The notes under the pieces were generated by a model. It made no database searches and was not told where the DNA came from. It saw only the letters and a program-made list of their open reading frames with translations. Positions 1-12,081 of a stretch of 64,000 nt of DNA are shown one piece after another. Location of the stretch: assembly GCA_002269645.1 (NCBI GenBank), contig NIVC01000162.1:1-64000 (forward strand). Reading direction: 5' to 3'. Numbering within the stretch: the first letter of the stretch is position 1; the number at the start of each line of letters is the position of its first letter. The DNA is from Macrostomum lignano. Lineage: Eukaryota. A program made the translations under genes and the position numbers.

Positions 1-69
1 CGGCTGAGCTGTCGGTTGCACATCTGGCCATTAGGGCAGGTGTAATCAATTTTATTATTATTATTATTA
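1..69 (+). mobile_element. 3' end fragment of the same SINE family as 24503-24805 (cut by the window edge)
   Basis: CGGCTGAGCTGTCGGTTGCACATCTGGCCATTAGGGCAGGTGTAATCA followed by an (ATT)n tail matches the reverse complement of 24503-24570 (CGGCTGAGCTGTCGGTTGCGCATCCGCCCATTAGGGCATTTGTAATCA...ATTATTATT). Confidence 0.75.
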
Positions 70-908
70 GGAAGCAGGTTCTACCGAAAAAAAATTACAG
101 TAGTGATATGATCGGTTTTCACTTCTCAGCAAATAGAATACTAATTTTTAAGCGAAAAGCTTTATGAATATCACTAGAATATAAGAAGGCAAGACATATC
201 AAAAGATGAACATTGGTTCTGCCTCCTATCAGAAGGAATAACAATTTTTATTTGAAAAAATGAAAACCTCCCATCTCCATAATGTAGTTTTTCGGTAAAC
301 TTCTAAAATTTTACAAGAAACGCACTTCCCATCCTTTCGTCCTTGGCGCAAGCAATGAAAAAGCAAAATTTTGGTTTAATAAATACAAACTATAACAATC
401 GAGTTGCTCTACTGTTTTGAGTATAAGTAGTATATAGTATCAGTAGTCTGTTTTATACATGTATAACCGCCCGCTGTTTCAGTTATATACGCTATACATG
501 TACATGTACGAGTTACTGTTATATTTCACTAGTCCTGCATATCGCTACGCTGCAGCCTGCTGGTCAAAAAACGAAGACTCACTCAGCTGCAGGACTCCTG
601 AAATGATGGTGAATGCGAAAAATGATGAGTTGGCCCCGCAAAGCTGATCTATTTGTTGAGTTAGTGCTGAAGGTTAATTGGTTCCCGCGTACACTCATGC
701 CTGATAGGAGACTCGCCCTCGGAAACAAGCCTTCCAGACTCGCTCCAAACTAAGCCACTTCCGAGACTTCTGGGTTTCCCCGCTCTCGGACCGCTTTTCA
801 GTAGCATCCCAAACATTTTCAAATTATTTTTTTCGCGCACTTCCGGGACTTGTCTGCTGGGTGGTGGCTGGGGTGGACTCGGTCCTAGCACCGTCCCTGA
901 TTCCACTT

Positions 909-1439
909 TTGGGTTGGCGGTGTCTTAGTCCATAGGCTTGGGTTGGCGGTGTCTTAGTCCATAGGCTTGGGTTGGCGGTGTCTTAGTCCATAGGCTTGGG
1001 TTGGCGGTGTCTTAGTCCATAGGCTTGGGTTGGCGGTGTCTTAGTCCATAGGCTTGGGTTGGCGGTGTCTTAGTCCATAGGCTTGGGTTGGCGGTGTCTT
1101 AGTCCATAGGCTTGGGTTTGCGGTGTCTTAGTCCATAGGCTTGGGTTGGCGGTGTCTTAGTCCATAGGCTTGGGTTGGCGGTGTCTTAGTCCATAGGCTT
1201 GGGTTGGCGGTGTCTTAGTCCATAGGCTTGGGTTGGCGGTGTCTTAGTCCATAGGCTTGGGTTGGCGGTGTCTTAGTCCATAGGCTTGGGTTGGCGGTGT
1301 CTTAGTCCATAGGCTTGGGTTGGCGTGTCTTAGTCCATAGGCTTGGGTTGGCGGTGTCTTAGTCCATAGGCTTGGGTTGGCGGTGTCTTAGTCCATAGGC
1401 TTGGGTTGGCGGTGTCTTAGTCCATAGGCTTGGGTTGGC
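909..1439. repeat. 29-bp minisatellite, ~18 copies
   Basis: Unit TTGGGTTGGCGGTGTCTTAGTCCATAGGC, near-perfect copies. Confidence 0.97.
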
Positions 1440-2168
1440 AGCTCCCCCTGGCCCAGACGTCAGGGTCTAACCTCGGGGTATCTCGGGCTATATGCCCCTG
1501 GTAGTTGCCCCTCGGCGGCAGAGTCCCTCCCCGGGCTGATCCGCGGGTAGCTCCCGGCTTCCCACCCTCGTTCAACAACAACACTCATGCTATGGAGCCC
1601 AAGAACTGACAGATCGATAAACTAGAAATGTGCGAATGCAAGTAACTACATTATACCTGACATTTTATTGATACTCTACTCGCAGTAAAAATAGCAGAAT
1701 ATTCGAGTATAAAAAATTAATCCTAATTGGAACATTTTTTGATACTATACTCTACTAACAGTTGAAGCATAGGTAATACGCAAAAATCAATAATTCTATT
1801 GTTCAACACAGGTACTTTGCTCGTAAAATTAACCCGTTTTTGTCACGGAAACGACGAATATATAATGCCTAAGTACATGGGTCAAATTTTATTGCTGATA
1901 TTTATAGATTATTCTAAGGTTTATAGCCCGGATTTCAGACCAAAAAATCCTTATCAAAAGTACTTGCCCGACACAAAATGGCATTTATTATATTTATCCA
2001 ACCAATGCAATGCAGTCAGCAAAGTCAGCAATATTACTTACAGTAGCAATATCGCCGTCTACGTCCAATTTTTGCTCGCTCTGAATCTGAAATGATTATT
2101 TTAGTTACTAATTTACTATGCAGCCAAATAGTAAACAGTTTAAACAAAAGATTAAATTCTAAATCCAG

Positions 2169-2291
2169 TCAGCGCTGCAGCACCTCCGCATCCCGTTCGG
2201 CAGTCTCGACAGAGTTCGCTGACAGGTGGCTGCCCGTCTCCAGCGAGCCGACCTTGGAGGCAGCCCGCCATTCGGGCTTCTCGCTGAAGAT
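2169..2291 (-). CDS. tau-like last coding exon: partial repeat 6 plus C-terminus ([40 protein letters not shown])
   Basis: Acceptor ttatgcag|ATC, phase 0, KVGS motif, TGA at 2169-2171. Confidence 0.88.
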   Translation of the reverse strand: MFSEKPEWRAASKVGSLETGSHLSANSVETAERDAEVLQR

Positions 2292-2348
2292 CTGCATAAG
2301 GGATTTATATAATTTCTGTCTGTCTTATAAGTGTCTGTCTGTCTGCCC

Positions 2349-2380
<32 letters not shown>

Positions 2381-2403
2381 TAGTGCCTGTCTGTCTGTCT
2401 TAG

Positions 2404-2448
<45 letters not shown>

Positions 2449-2547
2449 TAGTGTCTGTCTGTCTGTCTTAGTGTCTGTCTGCCCGTCTGTCTGTCTGTCT
2501 GTCTGTCTTAGTGTCTGTCTTAGTGTCTGTCTTAGTGTCTGTCTTAG

Positions 2548-2612
<65 letters not shown>

Positions 2613-2723
2613 GTCTGTCTGTCTGTCTGTCTTAGTGTCTGTCTTAGTGTCTGTCTGTCTGTCTGTCTTAGTGTCTTAGTGTCTGTCTGTCTGTCTTAGT
2701 GTCTGTCTGTCTGTCTGTCTGTG

Positions 2724-2812
<89 letters not shown>

Positions 2813-2815
2813 TAG

Positions 2816-2862
<47 letters not shown>

Positions 2863-2863
2863 G

Positions 2864-2902
<39 letters not shown>

Positions 2903-2915
2903 CTGTCTGTCTGTG

Positions 2916-2998
<83 letters not shown>

Positions 2999-2999
2999 G

Positions 3000-3042
<43 letters not shown>

Positions 3043-3067
3043 GTGTCTGTCTGTGTGTCTGTCTGTG

Positions 3068-3118
<51 letters not shown>

Positions 3119-6100
3119 CTGTCTGTCTGTCACTACTTTTTACTACTTTTAGTCAGTATAGTAGTACAAACGACTGTACCTTCTTCTCTCCGCCGCCCGG
3201 CTTGTGCTTGCATTGTTTAGCGAGCCGACCTTGGAGTTCACTTTCCACTCCACCTTGCTGTCGAGGATCTGGGTCAGAATGGTCATGGCATAAACATTGG
3301 TAATGTTCAGTGTTACAAATTGTAATAAAGTGCACGCAGTGTTAATCAAGCATGTCAAGGAAAACTATTTGCAAACACGTATCATGCAAGGCTTGAATAA
3401 AATTTAACTCGTGAAGTAAGATGTTGATCCGGATGAGCAGCTGGACAGACAGGGGATGAAATGGGGATTTCGTGTTCAGTTCCCTTTGCCGACTCATGGG
3501 AAAATTTATCGATTGGTCCGAGCTGCATTTCCTACGCACGAGACACTCGCCACATGGAGAGCAAGAAGCACACTACAGCCAAGTTTCTTCTGCTGTGTTC
3601 TTTTCTGAAGCCGCCATTTCCTGACTGGCACTCACCTTCTTGTCGCCTCCGCCTGCCTGGTGCTTGGCATTCTCTAGCGACCCAACCTTTGACTCCGCCT
3701 TCCACTCTACTTTCTGGTCTACGATCTGCGGCGTAGGGAAATGCGGGAGTTCGAGCTGACATAATTAATAGCGTACCTGACATAATCTATAACATACCTG
3801 ACATAATCTATAGCGTACCTGACATAATCTTTAGCGTACCTGACAGTAATCTATAACATACCTGACATAATCTATAGCGTACCTGACAATAATCTATAGC
3901 ATACCTGACATAATCTATAGCGTACCTGACAATAATCTATAGCATACCTGACATAATCTCTAGCTTACTTGACAGTAATCTATAGCATACCTGACAATAA
4001 TCTATAGCGTACCTGACAATAATCTATAGCATACCTGACAATAATCTATAGCATACCTGACAATAATCTATAGCGTACCTGACAATAATCTATAGCATAC
4101 CTGACAATAATCTATAGCATACCTGACAATAATCTATAGCGTACCTGACATAATCTATAGCATACCTGACATAGTCTTTAGTATTCCTGACATAATCTAT
4201 AGCATACCTGACATAGTATTTAGTATTCCTGACATAATCTATAGCGTACCTGACATAGTCTATAGTATTCCTGACATAATCTTTTGCGTACCTGACATAA
4301 TTTACAGCGTACCTGACATAATATATAGCGTACCTGACAATAATCTATAGCATACTTGACATAATCTAAAACATACCTGACATAATCTATAGCGTACCTG
4401 ACATAGTCTATGCTATGCCTGACATAATAAAATTGCAGTCTGACATGCGATTACAATCCACTTTCAATCCATTTTTCAGACAATAAGTTTGACAAAGTTT
4501 ACCATCAATTCAACATCTGTGGCAGCAGGTTCTCAGCACCTCATCAGCACCTCTGACCAGTCTGCGCCTGTCACAAACAGCTCACCTTTCTCTCGCCGCC
4601 TCCGGCTTGTGCTTCGCATTGTCCATTGAGCCAATCTTAGAAGCCACATTCCACTCCAACTTCTTGTTCTCGATCTGCAGAATTCAATTTCGACAATTCA
4701 ACTTCGTCGCATTTCAAAACAGAAGTTTTGAAGTAAACAGAAGTAAGTTACACGCACCCGGGTTTGGGTTGAGTTTCGAAAAAATTATGAGAATTCAAGA
4801 TCCTAGAAGGTCAAGTCTAATATCCCATGAGATCCCACTGAAGGTCAAGTCCAACATCCTATGAGATCCATGAGGGTCATGGCCAGCCTCCATGAGATCC
4901 ATGAGGGTCATGGCCAGCCTCCATGAGATCCATGAGGGTCATGGCCAGCCTCCATGAGATCCATGAGGGTCATGGCCAGCCTCCATGAGATCCATGAGGG
5001 TCATGGCCAGCCTCCATGAGATCCATGAGGGTCATGGCCAGCCTCCATGAGATCCATGAGGGTCATGGCCAGCCTCCATGAGATCCATGAGGGTCATGGC
5101 CAGCCTCCATGAGATCCATGAGGGTCATGGCCAGCCTCCATGAGATCCATGAGGGTCATGGCCAGCCTCCATGAGATCCATGAGGGTCATGGCCAGCCTC
5201 CATGAGATCTGAGCTCACCTTTCTCTCGCCGCCTCCGGGCTTGTGCTTGGCATTGTCCAGTGAGCCAATCTTAGACTGCACCTTCCACTCCGGCTTGGCG
5301 CTGAATATCTGTTGGAATTAACGTTAATTATTCATCTTAATCATCAGCAAGAATAAAGGCTACGCGCAGTGAACTCGCCTTCTTCTCGCCGCCACTTGGT
5401 GTGTGCTCTGCGTTGTCAAGGGAACCGATTTTCGACCGGGCAGCCAGCTTCTTCTTGGCCTCTGAAAATTATTGTTTCCAGGCAGTTCTTAGGAGCTGAG
5501 CATCATGAGAATCCGACAACTATCCCTGTGGCAGCCATCCCGGTTACAGCCATCCCAGGTGGCAACCATCCGGTTGCAGCCATCCCTGTGGCAGCCATCC
5601 AGGTTACAGCCATCCCAGGTGGCAACCATCCCGGTTACAGCCATCCCAGGTGGCAACCATCCCGGTTACAGCCATCCCAGGTGGCAACCATCCTGGTTGC
5701 AGCCATCCCTGTGGCAACCATCCCGGTTACAGCCATCCCAGGTGGCAACCATCCCGGTTACAGCCATCCCTGTGGCAACCATCCCGGTTACAGCCATCCC
5801 AGGTGTCAGCCATCCCAGGTGACAACCATCCAGGCGACAACAACCCCAGGTGACAACCATCCAGGTGACAACCATCCCAGGTGACAACAACCCCAGGTGG
5901 CAACCATCCCAGATGACAACCATCCAGGTGACAACAACCCCAGGTGGCAACCATCCAGCTGACAACAACCCCAGGTGACGATCATCCAGGCGACAACAAC
6001 CCCAGGTGACAACCATCCAGGTGACAACAACCCCAGGTGACAATCATCCAGCTGACAACAACCCCAGGTGACAACCATCCAGCTGACAACAACCCCAGGT

Positions 6101-9072
6101 GGCAACCATCCAGGTGACAACCATCCAGGCGACAACAACCCCAGGTGGCAACCATCCCAGGTGACAACCATCCCAGGTGACAACCATCCAGGCGACAACA
6201 ACCCCAGGTGACGATCATCCAGGCGACAACAACCCCAGGTGACAACCATCCAGGTGACAACAACCCCAGGTGACAATCATCCAGCTGACAACAACCCCAG
6301 GTGACAACCATCCAGCTGACAACAACCCCAGGTGGCAACCATCCCAGGTGACAACCATCCAGGCGACAACAACCCCAGGTGGCAACCATCCCAGGTGACA
6401 ACCATCCCAGGTGACAACCATCCAGGCGACAACAACCCCAGGTGGCAACCATCCCAGGTGACAACCATCCAGCTGACAACAACCCCAGGTGACAATCATC
6501 CAGGTGACAACAACCCCAGATGGCAACCATCCAGGTGACAACAACCCCAGGTGGCAACCATCCAGGTGACAACAACCCCAGGTGACAACCATCCAGCTGA
6601 CAACAACCCCAGGTGACAATCATCCAGCTGACAACAACCCAGGTGACAATCATCCAGCTGACAACAACCCCAGGTGACAACCATCCAGCTGACAACAACC
6701 CCAGGTGGCAACCATCCCAGGTGACAACCATCCAGGCGACAACAACCCCAGGTGGCAACCATCCCAGGTGACAACCATCCCAGGTGACAACCATCCAGGT
6801 GACAACAACCCCAGGTGGCAACCATCCCAGGTGACAACCATCCAGCTGACAACAACCCCAGGTGACAATCATCCAGGTGACAACAACCCCAGGTGGCAAC
6901 CATCCAGGTGACAACAACCCCAGGTGGCAACCGTCAGCAACTAAAAATAGCATAACTACAGCGTGTCTTCATTTCCAAGAGAAAATCAAGTGCTCATCAG
7001 TCAGCGCACCGGAATCAGCTGAGGCCTGCAAGAATGGAAAAAGAAATCTGTTATTTTAACGCCATTCTATTCATCAAATCCGAAAGTGTAGCCAGTAGCG
7101 TTGAGGCGCTTGAACTCACCGACAAAGAGCTGCTGACGGGCCTAGCGGGTCCTGTGGGAGTGGGATAAGCATAGAAATTTCTTTAACTACTGGATGCAGA
7201 ATTGCAGTGGGCAAAGCGGTAAAAGCATTCAATAAAAGTGCAAATTGCGGTACTGACTGAAGCTGGGTTAGAGGCAAGCGAACTTCAGCGCGCTTTGGAT
7301 GAAGAAGTACATTGAGTCACGTGCCCCTAACGGTCAAGTGCATCTGGAATTCATTTGTCTCTCTCTCCAACTGTCTAGCAGCAATCTCTTTCCCTGCGCC
7401 ATCTGTTCCTTCTGAATCTATCCATCTGCACTGCAACTTTAATTAATTTTAATGCATGAAGGGGTAGATAAGGGAGAGGTAGATACAGAGGTAGATAAGG
7501 GACAGGTAAATAAGGGACGGCTAGATAAGGGACAGGTAGATAAGGGAGAGGTAGATAAGGGAGTGATAGATAAGGGAGGGGTAGAAAAGGGACAGGTAGA
7601 GAGGTAGTTATTGCAGAGGTAGATAAGGGAAAGGTAGATAAGGGAGAGGTAGATAAGGGAAAGGTAAATAAGGGAGAGGTAGATAAGGGAAAGGTAGATA
7701 AGGGAGAGGTAGATAAGGGAAAGGTAGATAAGGGAGAGGTAGATAAGGGAAAGGTAGATAAGGGAGAGGTAGATAAGAGAGAGGTAGATGAGGAAGAGGT
7801 AGATAAGATAGAGGTAGATAAGGGAGAGGTAGATAAGGTAGAGGTCGATAAGGGAGGGGTTGATAAGGGAAAGGGTAGATAAATGAGAGTTAGAGAGTTA
7901 GTTATTGCAGGGGTAGATAAGGGTAGATAGATAAGGGAGAGGTAGATAAGGGTAGATAGATAGGGTAGATAGGCTTGAACTCACTGGCAGCTGGCTTGGC
8001 CGCGGGCTCGGTGCTCGCCCTGACGTGCTGCCTAGCGGCGCCGGACGCCGTCCCGTGCATCGCCGAGGCCGGCCGACCGGCCGACTTGGCCGGGGAGCCG
8101 ACGGCAGCAGCGGTGGAGGCCGGCCGGCCAGTCGCGGTGGGCCGCTTTGCCAGACTGCCAGTTGCCGCCGCCGTCGAAGTCGGTGAAGGCTTCGGTTTGA
8201 CGCCGGCCGGAGCCGCCGCGGACGAAGCTGGCCGGCCGGTTTTGCTGGCCGAAGCGGGCCTTGGTGATGCCTTGGCGGCCGACGCCGTCACGGTGGCCGC
8301 CGCAGAGCCGGGCTTTTTGCGCAGCTGCACCGGCTCGGCCGCCGGACCGGCTACGAGCTTGCCGTTCCTCTCCGCGGCGGCGGCGTCAGCTTTCGGCGAC
8401 TTCTTCGCCCAGCGGTCGCCGCCAGTCGGCTGCTGGGATCGCGGAATCCCGAGCTCTGCTTGGCGGGCGACTTAGCGGCTGAAGCCTTCGCGGCGGGAGG
8501 CGACTTTGCTGGCGACTTGCCGGCAGCTGCACCGGCGCTCTTGGTGGGCTGCTTGCCGGCCGAGGCAGCGGGAGGGGCGGATTCCGCAGCGGGAGGGGCG
8601 GATTCCGCAGCGGGAGGGGCGGATTCCGCAGCGGGAGGGGCGGATTCCGCAGCGGGAGGGGCGGATTCCGCAGCGGGAGGAGTAGATTCCGCAACGGGAG
8701 GGGCGAATTCCGCAGCGGGAGGGGCGGATTCCGCAGCGGGAGGGGCGAATTCCGCAGCGGGAGGGGCGAATTCCGCAGCGGAAGGGGCGGATTCCGCAGC
8801 GGGTGGGGCGGATTCCGCAGCGACGGTAGCATTCAGTGTAGTGCCGACGTCTGGAGCCAGCGGAGCAGCCATGGGCGCCGCATTGTCGGCGTCGACATTC
8901 ACCAGCAGGTCAAACGGGTCGCTAGATTGACCGGCCGACAGCGACTCGCCCGGGCGGCGGCGACCTCGCCGCCCAGGAGATCCGCCACGCCGCCAGCTTG
9001 GTCGGCAGGTGCTTTGTTTGACGCGGCGCCCAGGCCTAGCAGATCGCCCTGCTGCGGTGCTTCTTCCGTCAT
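2169..9072 (-). CDS. Tau/MAP2/MAP4-family microtubule-associated protein (gene span; exons listed separately; four 1-bp frame defects in this sequence)
   Basis: Six exons carry tubulin-binding repeat motifs SK(I/V)GSL/MxNxxHxPGGG. They follow an Ala/Pro/Lys/Ser-rich first coding exon with ATG at 9072. Splice sites are canonical and exon phases are compatible. Confidence 0.9.
2315..3131. repeat. (TCTG)n microsatellite with TTAG/CCG/GTG variants, in tau-like intron
   Basis: Direct inspection; source of the SVCL/TDRQ pseudo-ORFs. Confidence 0.97.
3180..3268 (-). CDS. tau-like repeat 5 exon ([20 protein letters not shown][K]HKPGGGEKK); 89 bp, 1 bp short
   Basis: ccag|ATC ... AAG|gtacag. The frame is restored by adding one C near 3210 (GC->GCC), as in the homologous exon 5219-5308. 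Confidence 0.85.
3636..3725 (-). CDS. tau-like repeat 4 exon ([30 protein letters not shown])
   Basis: 90 bp, cgcag|ATC ... AAG|gtgagt, phase 0-0. Confidence 0.92.
3775..4425. repeat. ~21-22-bp minisatellite in tau-like intron
   Basis: Unit CTGACA(A)TAATCTATAGC(G/A)TAC, moderately diverged. Confidence 0.95.
4586..4674 (-). CDS. tau-like repeat 3 exon ([24 protein letters not shown][G]GGERK); 89 bp, 1 bp short
   Basis: ctgcag|ATC ... AAG|gtgag. The frame is restored by one extra C or G near 4603. Confidence 0.85.
4860..5208. repeat. 31-bp minisatellite, ~11 copies
   Basis: Unit ATGAGATCCATGAGGGTCATGGCCAGCCTCC, with degenerate precursor-like copies at 4801-4860. Confidence 0.97.
5219..5308 (-). 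CDS. tau-like repeat 2 exon ([30 protein letters not shown])
   Basis: 90 bp, caacag|ATA ... AAG|gtgag. Confidence 0.93.
5379..5461 (-). CDS. tau-like repeat 1 exon ([28 protein letters not shown]), followed by a GC-AG intron
   Basis: ttttcag|AG GCC (phase 1) ... AAG|gcgagt. The intron 5309-5378 is 70 bp. Confidence 0.88.
5518..6932. repeat. Complex minisatellite of CCAGGTG(G/A)CAACCATCC / ACAACAACCC modules, with a 373-bp higher-order duplication
   Basis: Direct inspection; identical pseudo-ORFs at 6277-6495 and 6650-6868. Confidence 0.95.
6969..7025 (-). CDS. candidate tau-like alternative exon: 16-bp micro-exon (7010-7025) or terminal exon [18 protein letters not shown]
   Basis: Strong acceptor tttttccattcttgcag|GCC; internal donor TCC G|gtgcgc at 7010; in-frame TGA at 6969-6971. 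Confidence 0.5.
   Translation of the reverse strand, partial: ASADSGALTDEHLIFSWK
7120..7151 (-). CDS. candidate tau-like 32-bp cassette exon ([11 protein letters not shown])
   Basis: ctcccacag|GA CCC ... TCG|gtgagt; its phase-1 start matches the exon 1 donor. Confidence 0.6.
7460..7972. repeat. 15-bp purine-rich minisatellite (GGGAGAGGTAGATAA)n
   Basis: Direct inspection; abuts the exon 1 donor. Confidence 0.93.
7985..9072 (-). CDS. tau-like exon 1: acidic N-terminus ([13 protein letters not shown]...), AAESAPP repeats, KSP-containing Pro/Ala/Lys-rich region; two 1-bp frame defects (~8952, ~8459)
   Basis: ATG at 9070-9072, donor GCC A|gtgagt at 7985. The 1088-bp exon gives the required phase 1 only if 2 bp are added. 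It joins supplied ORFs 8351-8902 and 7902-8330. Confidence 0.78.
8566..8822 (-). repeat. coding 21-bp minisatellite encoding (AAESAPP)x~12
   Basis: Unit GCGGGAGGGGCGGATTCCGCA on the plus strand; in frame in exon 1. Confidence 0.9.
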
Positions 9073-9466
9073 TGCTTGTTTGTCTCTGTCGGATTCAATT
9101 AATAGCTATTAACTTGGAACTGTGGAAGTTGGTGTTTGCGAGCACCGACTCAAGCAAGCACCGGTTTGCTCGATTGGCCACTTTTTTGCCTTGCTCCAGA
9201 TTTTTATTAGTGAAAGAGTTTACAGCCCACACAGTGGAGACCAAAGGCACCTGTTGCTATCTTCTGTTTGCATGTTAGCGCGCCACCCCCCCCCCCCCGC
9301 GAGCAGGGGTGGCCTCTCGGGTCAACCAGCGTGTCTGACTCTCTCCGCCCAGCTCACTCAACTCTTCTCGCGTATCTTCTCCACCTCTCACTGACTCTGG
9401 CTGCTCTAATTAAATAGGAGCATTTTTTCTGTGTGACACACACTCGAGAGTCAAAGTGACTAGCCC

Positions 9467-9689
<223 letters not shown>

Positions 9690-10509
9690 TCCTCCACTGT
9701 CCTTGTCCTCGCATCATTCTGTCTGTCACTAAACATTGTTCATATTATCCTGTTCTCCTCTCTCCTGGATCCCGTTGCGGAGTCGGGCAGCTGTGTTGGA
9801 GGCAGCGGATTTCCCGAGCCAGCCCTGCCAGGCCAGATGCCGACACAGAATATCCCACAGAAAATCCCAATCCCTTGAACACGAGGATTCCCTCAGAGAT
9901 TCCCTCAGCCATCAGAGGTGCATGAAATTGGAAGAAAAGCTTGAATCTCGGTGGAATAGCTGCTGGCTATTAACCCCAGCATGGCTAATCGACTTCATCC
10001 TGTGTTATCAAATCAAGCAATAAGATCGAGTTCCAGCATCTGCATGGCTGCGTGGCACAATTCAATGTAGCTATTTTAAAAAACTCCCCACTGGTTGTAA
10101 AGCAATTTTGTTGCAGAAATTCGCAAAGAAGAGTGGAAGAAGCCGAAGGTTGTTGCAGCCTGTTGCTTTACGGGTCCTTATCTCGACCTATTTTAATGCC
10201 AAACCCTCAGCATGCGCTAAAGATTCCAGCCGTAACCTGGACCAAACAGTGCTCTGAAAGCTACGGAAGAGGGGGGCATGTCACAAATGCTTGGCTGGGA
10301 GAGTTGACGGGAGAACTGTTCGCATAGAAATGTTACTGCTTGAGACTGTGCTTTTTCTGCTTTTTTATCGTTCGGCATAACGTTATATAATTGTAGATAC
10401 TGTAAGTGCATTGTCGAGTGTTGCAGGGAATTTACAAAATTGACAGGCGCCATTGGTAAACCATGTTGTGAATAGTAAGCTTTAACCTGAGTCTGTGAGG
10501 AGCGAGACA

Positions 10510-11452
10510 AGAGAGTTGAGTGAGTGACGAGAGAGAGGGAGAGAGACCAGGGAGTTGAGTGAGTGAGGAGAGAGAGGGAGAGAGAGACCAGGGAGTTGAG
10601 TGAGTGAGGAGAGAGAGGGAGAGAGAGACCAGGGAGTTGAGTCAGTGAGGAGAGAGAGGGAGAGAGACCAGGGAGTTGAGTGAGTGAGGAGAGAGAGAGA
10701 GAGACCAGGGAGTTGAGTGAGTGAGGAGAGAGAGGGAGAGAGAGACCAGGGAGTTGAGTGAGTGAGGAGAGAGAGGGAGAGAGAGACCAGGGAGTTGAGT
10801 GAGTGAGGAGAGAGAGGGAGAGAGAGATCAGGGAGTTGAGTGAGTGAGGAGAGAGAGAGAGAGAGAGAGAGACCAGGGAGTTGAGTGAGTGAGGAGAGAG
10901 AGAGAGAGACCAGGGAGTTGAGTGAGTGAGGAGAGAGAGGGAGAGAGAGACCAGGGAGTTGAGTGAGTGAGGAGAGAGAGGGAGAGAGAGATCAGGGAGT
11001 TGAGTGAGTGAGGAGAGAGAGGGAGAGAGAGACCAGGGAGTTGAGTGAGTGAGGAGAGAGAGGGAGAGAGAGATCAGGGAGTTGAGTGAGTGAGGAGAGA
11101 GAGGGAGAGAGACCAGGGAGTTGAGTGAGTGAGGAGAGAGAGAGAGAGAGACCAGGGAGTTGAGTGAGTGAGGAGAGAGAGGGAGAGAGAGACCAGGGAG
11201 TTGAGTGAGTGAGGAGAGAGAGGGAGAGAGACCAGGGAGTTGAGTGAGTGAGGAGAGAGAGAGAGAGAGACCAGGGAGTTGAGTGAGTGAGGAGAGAGAG
11301 GGAGAGAGAGACCAGGGAGTTGAGTGAGTGAGGAGAGAGAGGGAGAGAGACCAGGGAGTTGAGTGAGTGACGAGAGAGAGGGACAGAGAGAGACCAGGGA
11401 GTTGAGTGAGTGAGGAGAGAGAGGGAGAGAGAGACCAGGGAGTTGAGTGAGT

Positions 11453-11491
<39 letters not shown>

Positions 11492-11507
11492 AGGGAGTTG
11501 AGTGAGT

Positions 11508-11570
<63 letters not shown>

Positions 11571-11865
11571 AGGGAGTTGAGTGAGTGAGGAGAGAGAGAG
11601 AGAGAGAGACCAGGGAGTTGAGTGAGTGAGGAGAGAGAGAGAGAGACCAGGGAGTTGAGTGAGTGAGGAGAGAGAGAGATAGAGAGACCAGGGAGTTGAG
11701 TGAGTGAGGAGAGAGAGAGAGAGACCAGGGAGTTGAGTGAGTGAGGAGAGAGAGGGAGAGAGAGATCAGGGAGTTGAGTGAGTGAGGAGAGAGAGAGAGA
11801 GAGAGAGAGACCAGGGAGTTGAGTGAGTGAGGAGAGAGAGAGAGAGACCAGGGAGTTGAGTGAGT

Positions 11866-11896
<31 letters not shown>

Positions 11897-11923
11897 CCAG
11901 GGAGTTGAGTGAGTGAGGAGAGA

Positions 11924-11965
<42 letters not shown>

Positions 11966-12038
11966 AGGGAGTTGAGTGAGTGAGGAGAGAGAGGGAGAGA
12001 GAGAGAGAGAGAGAGAGAGACCAGGGAGTTGAGTGAGT

Positions 12039-12081
<43 letters not shown>

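Noticed and set aside
661-906. 81-aa minus-strand ORF and the GC-rich 1440-1590 segment as a retroelement UTR or gene
   Set aside because: No domain motif, splice support or terminal repeats identified.
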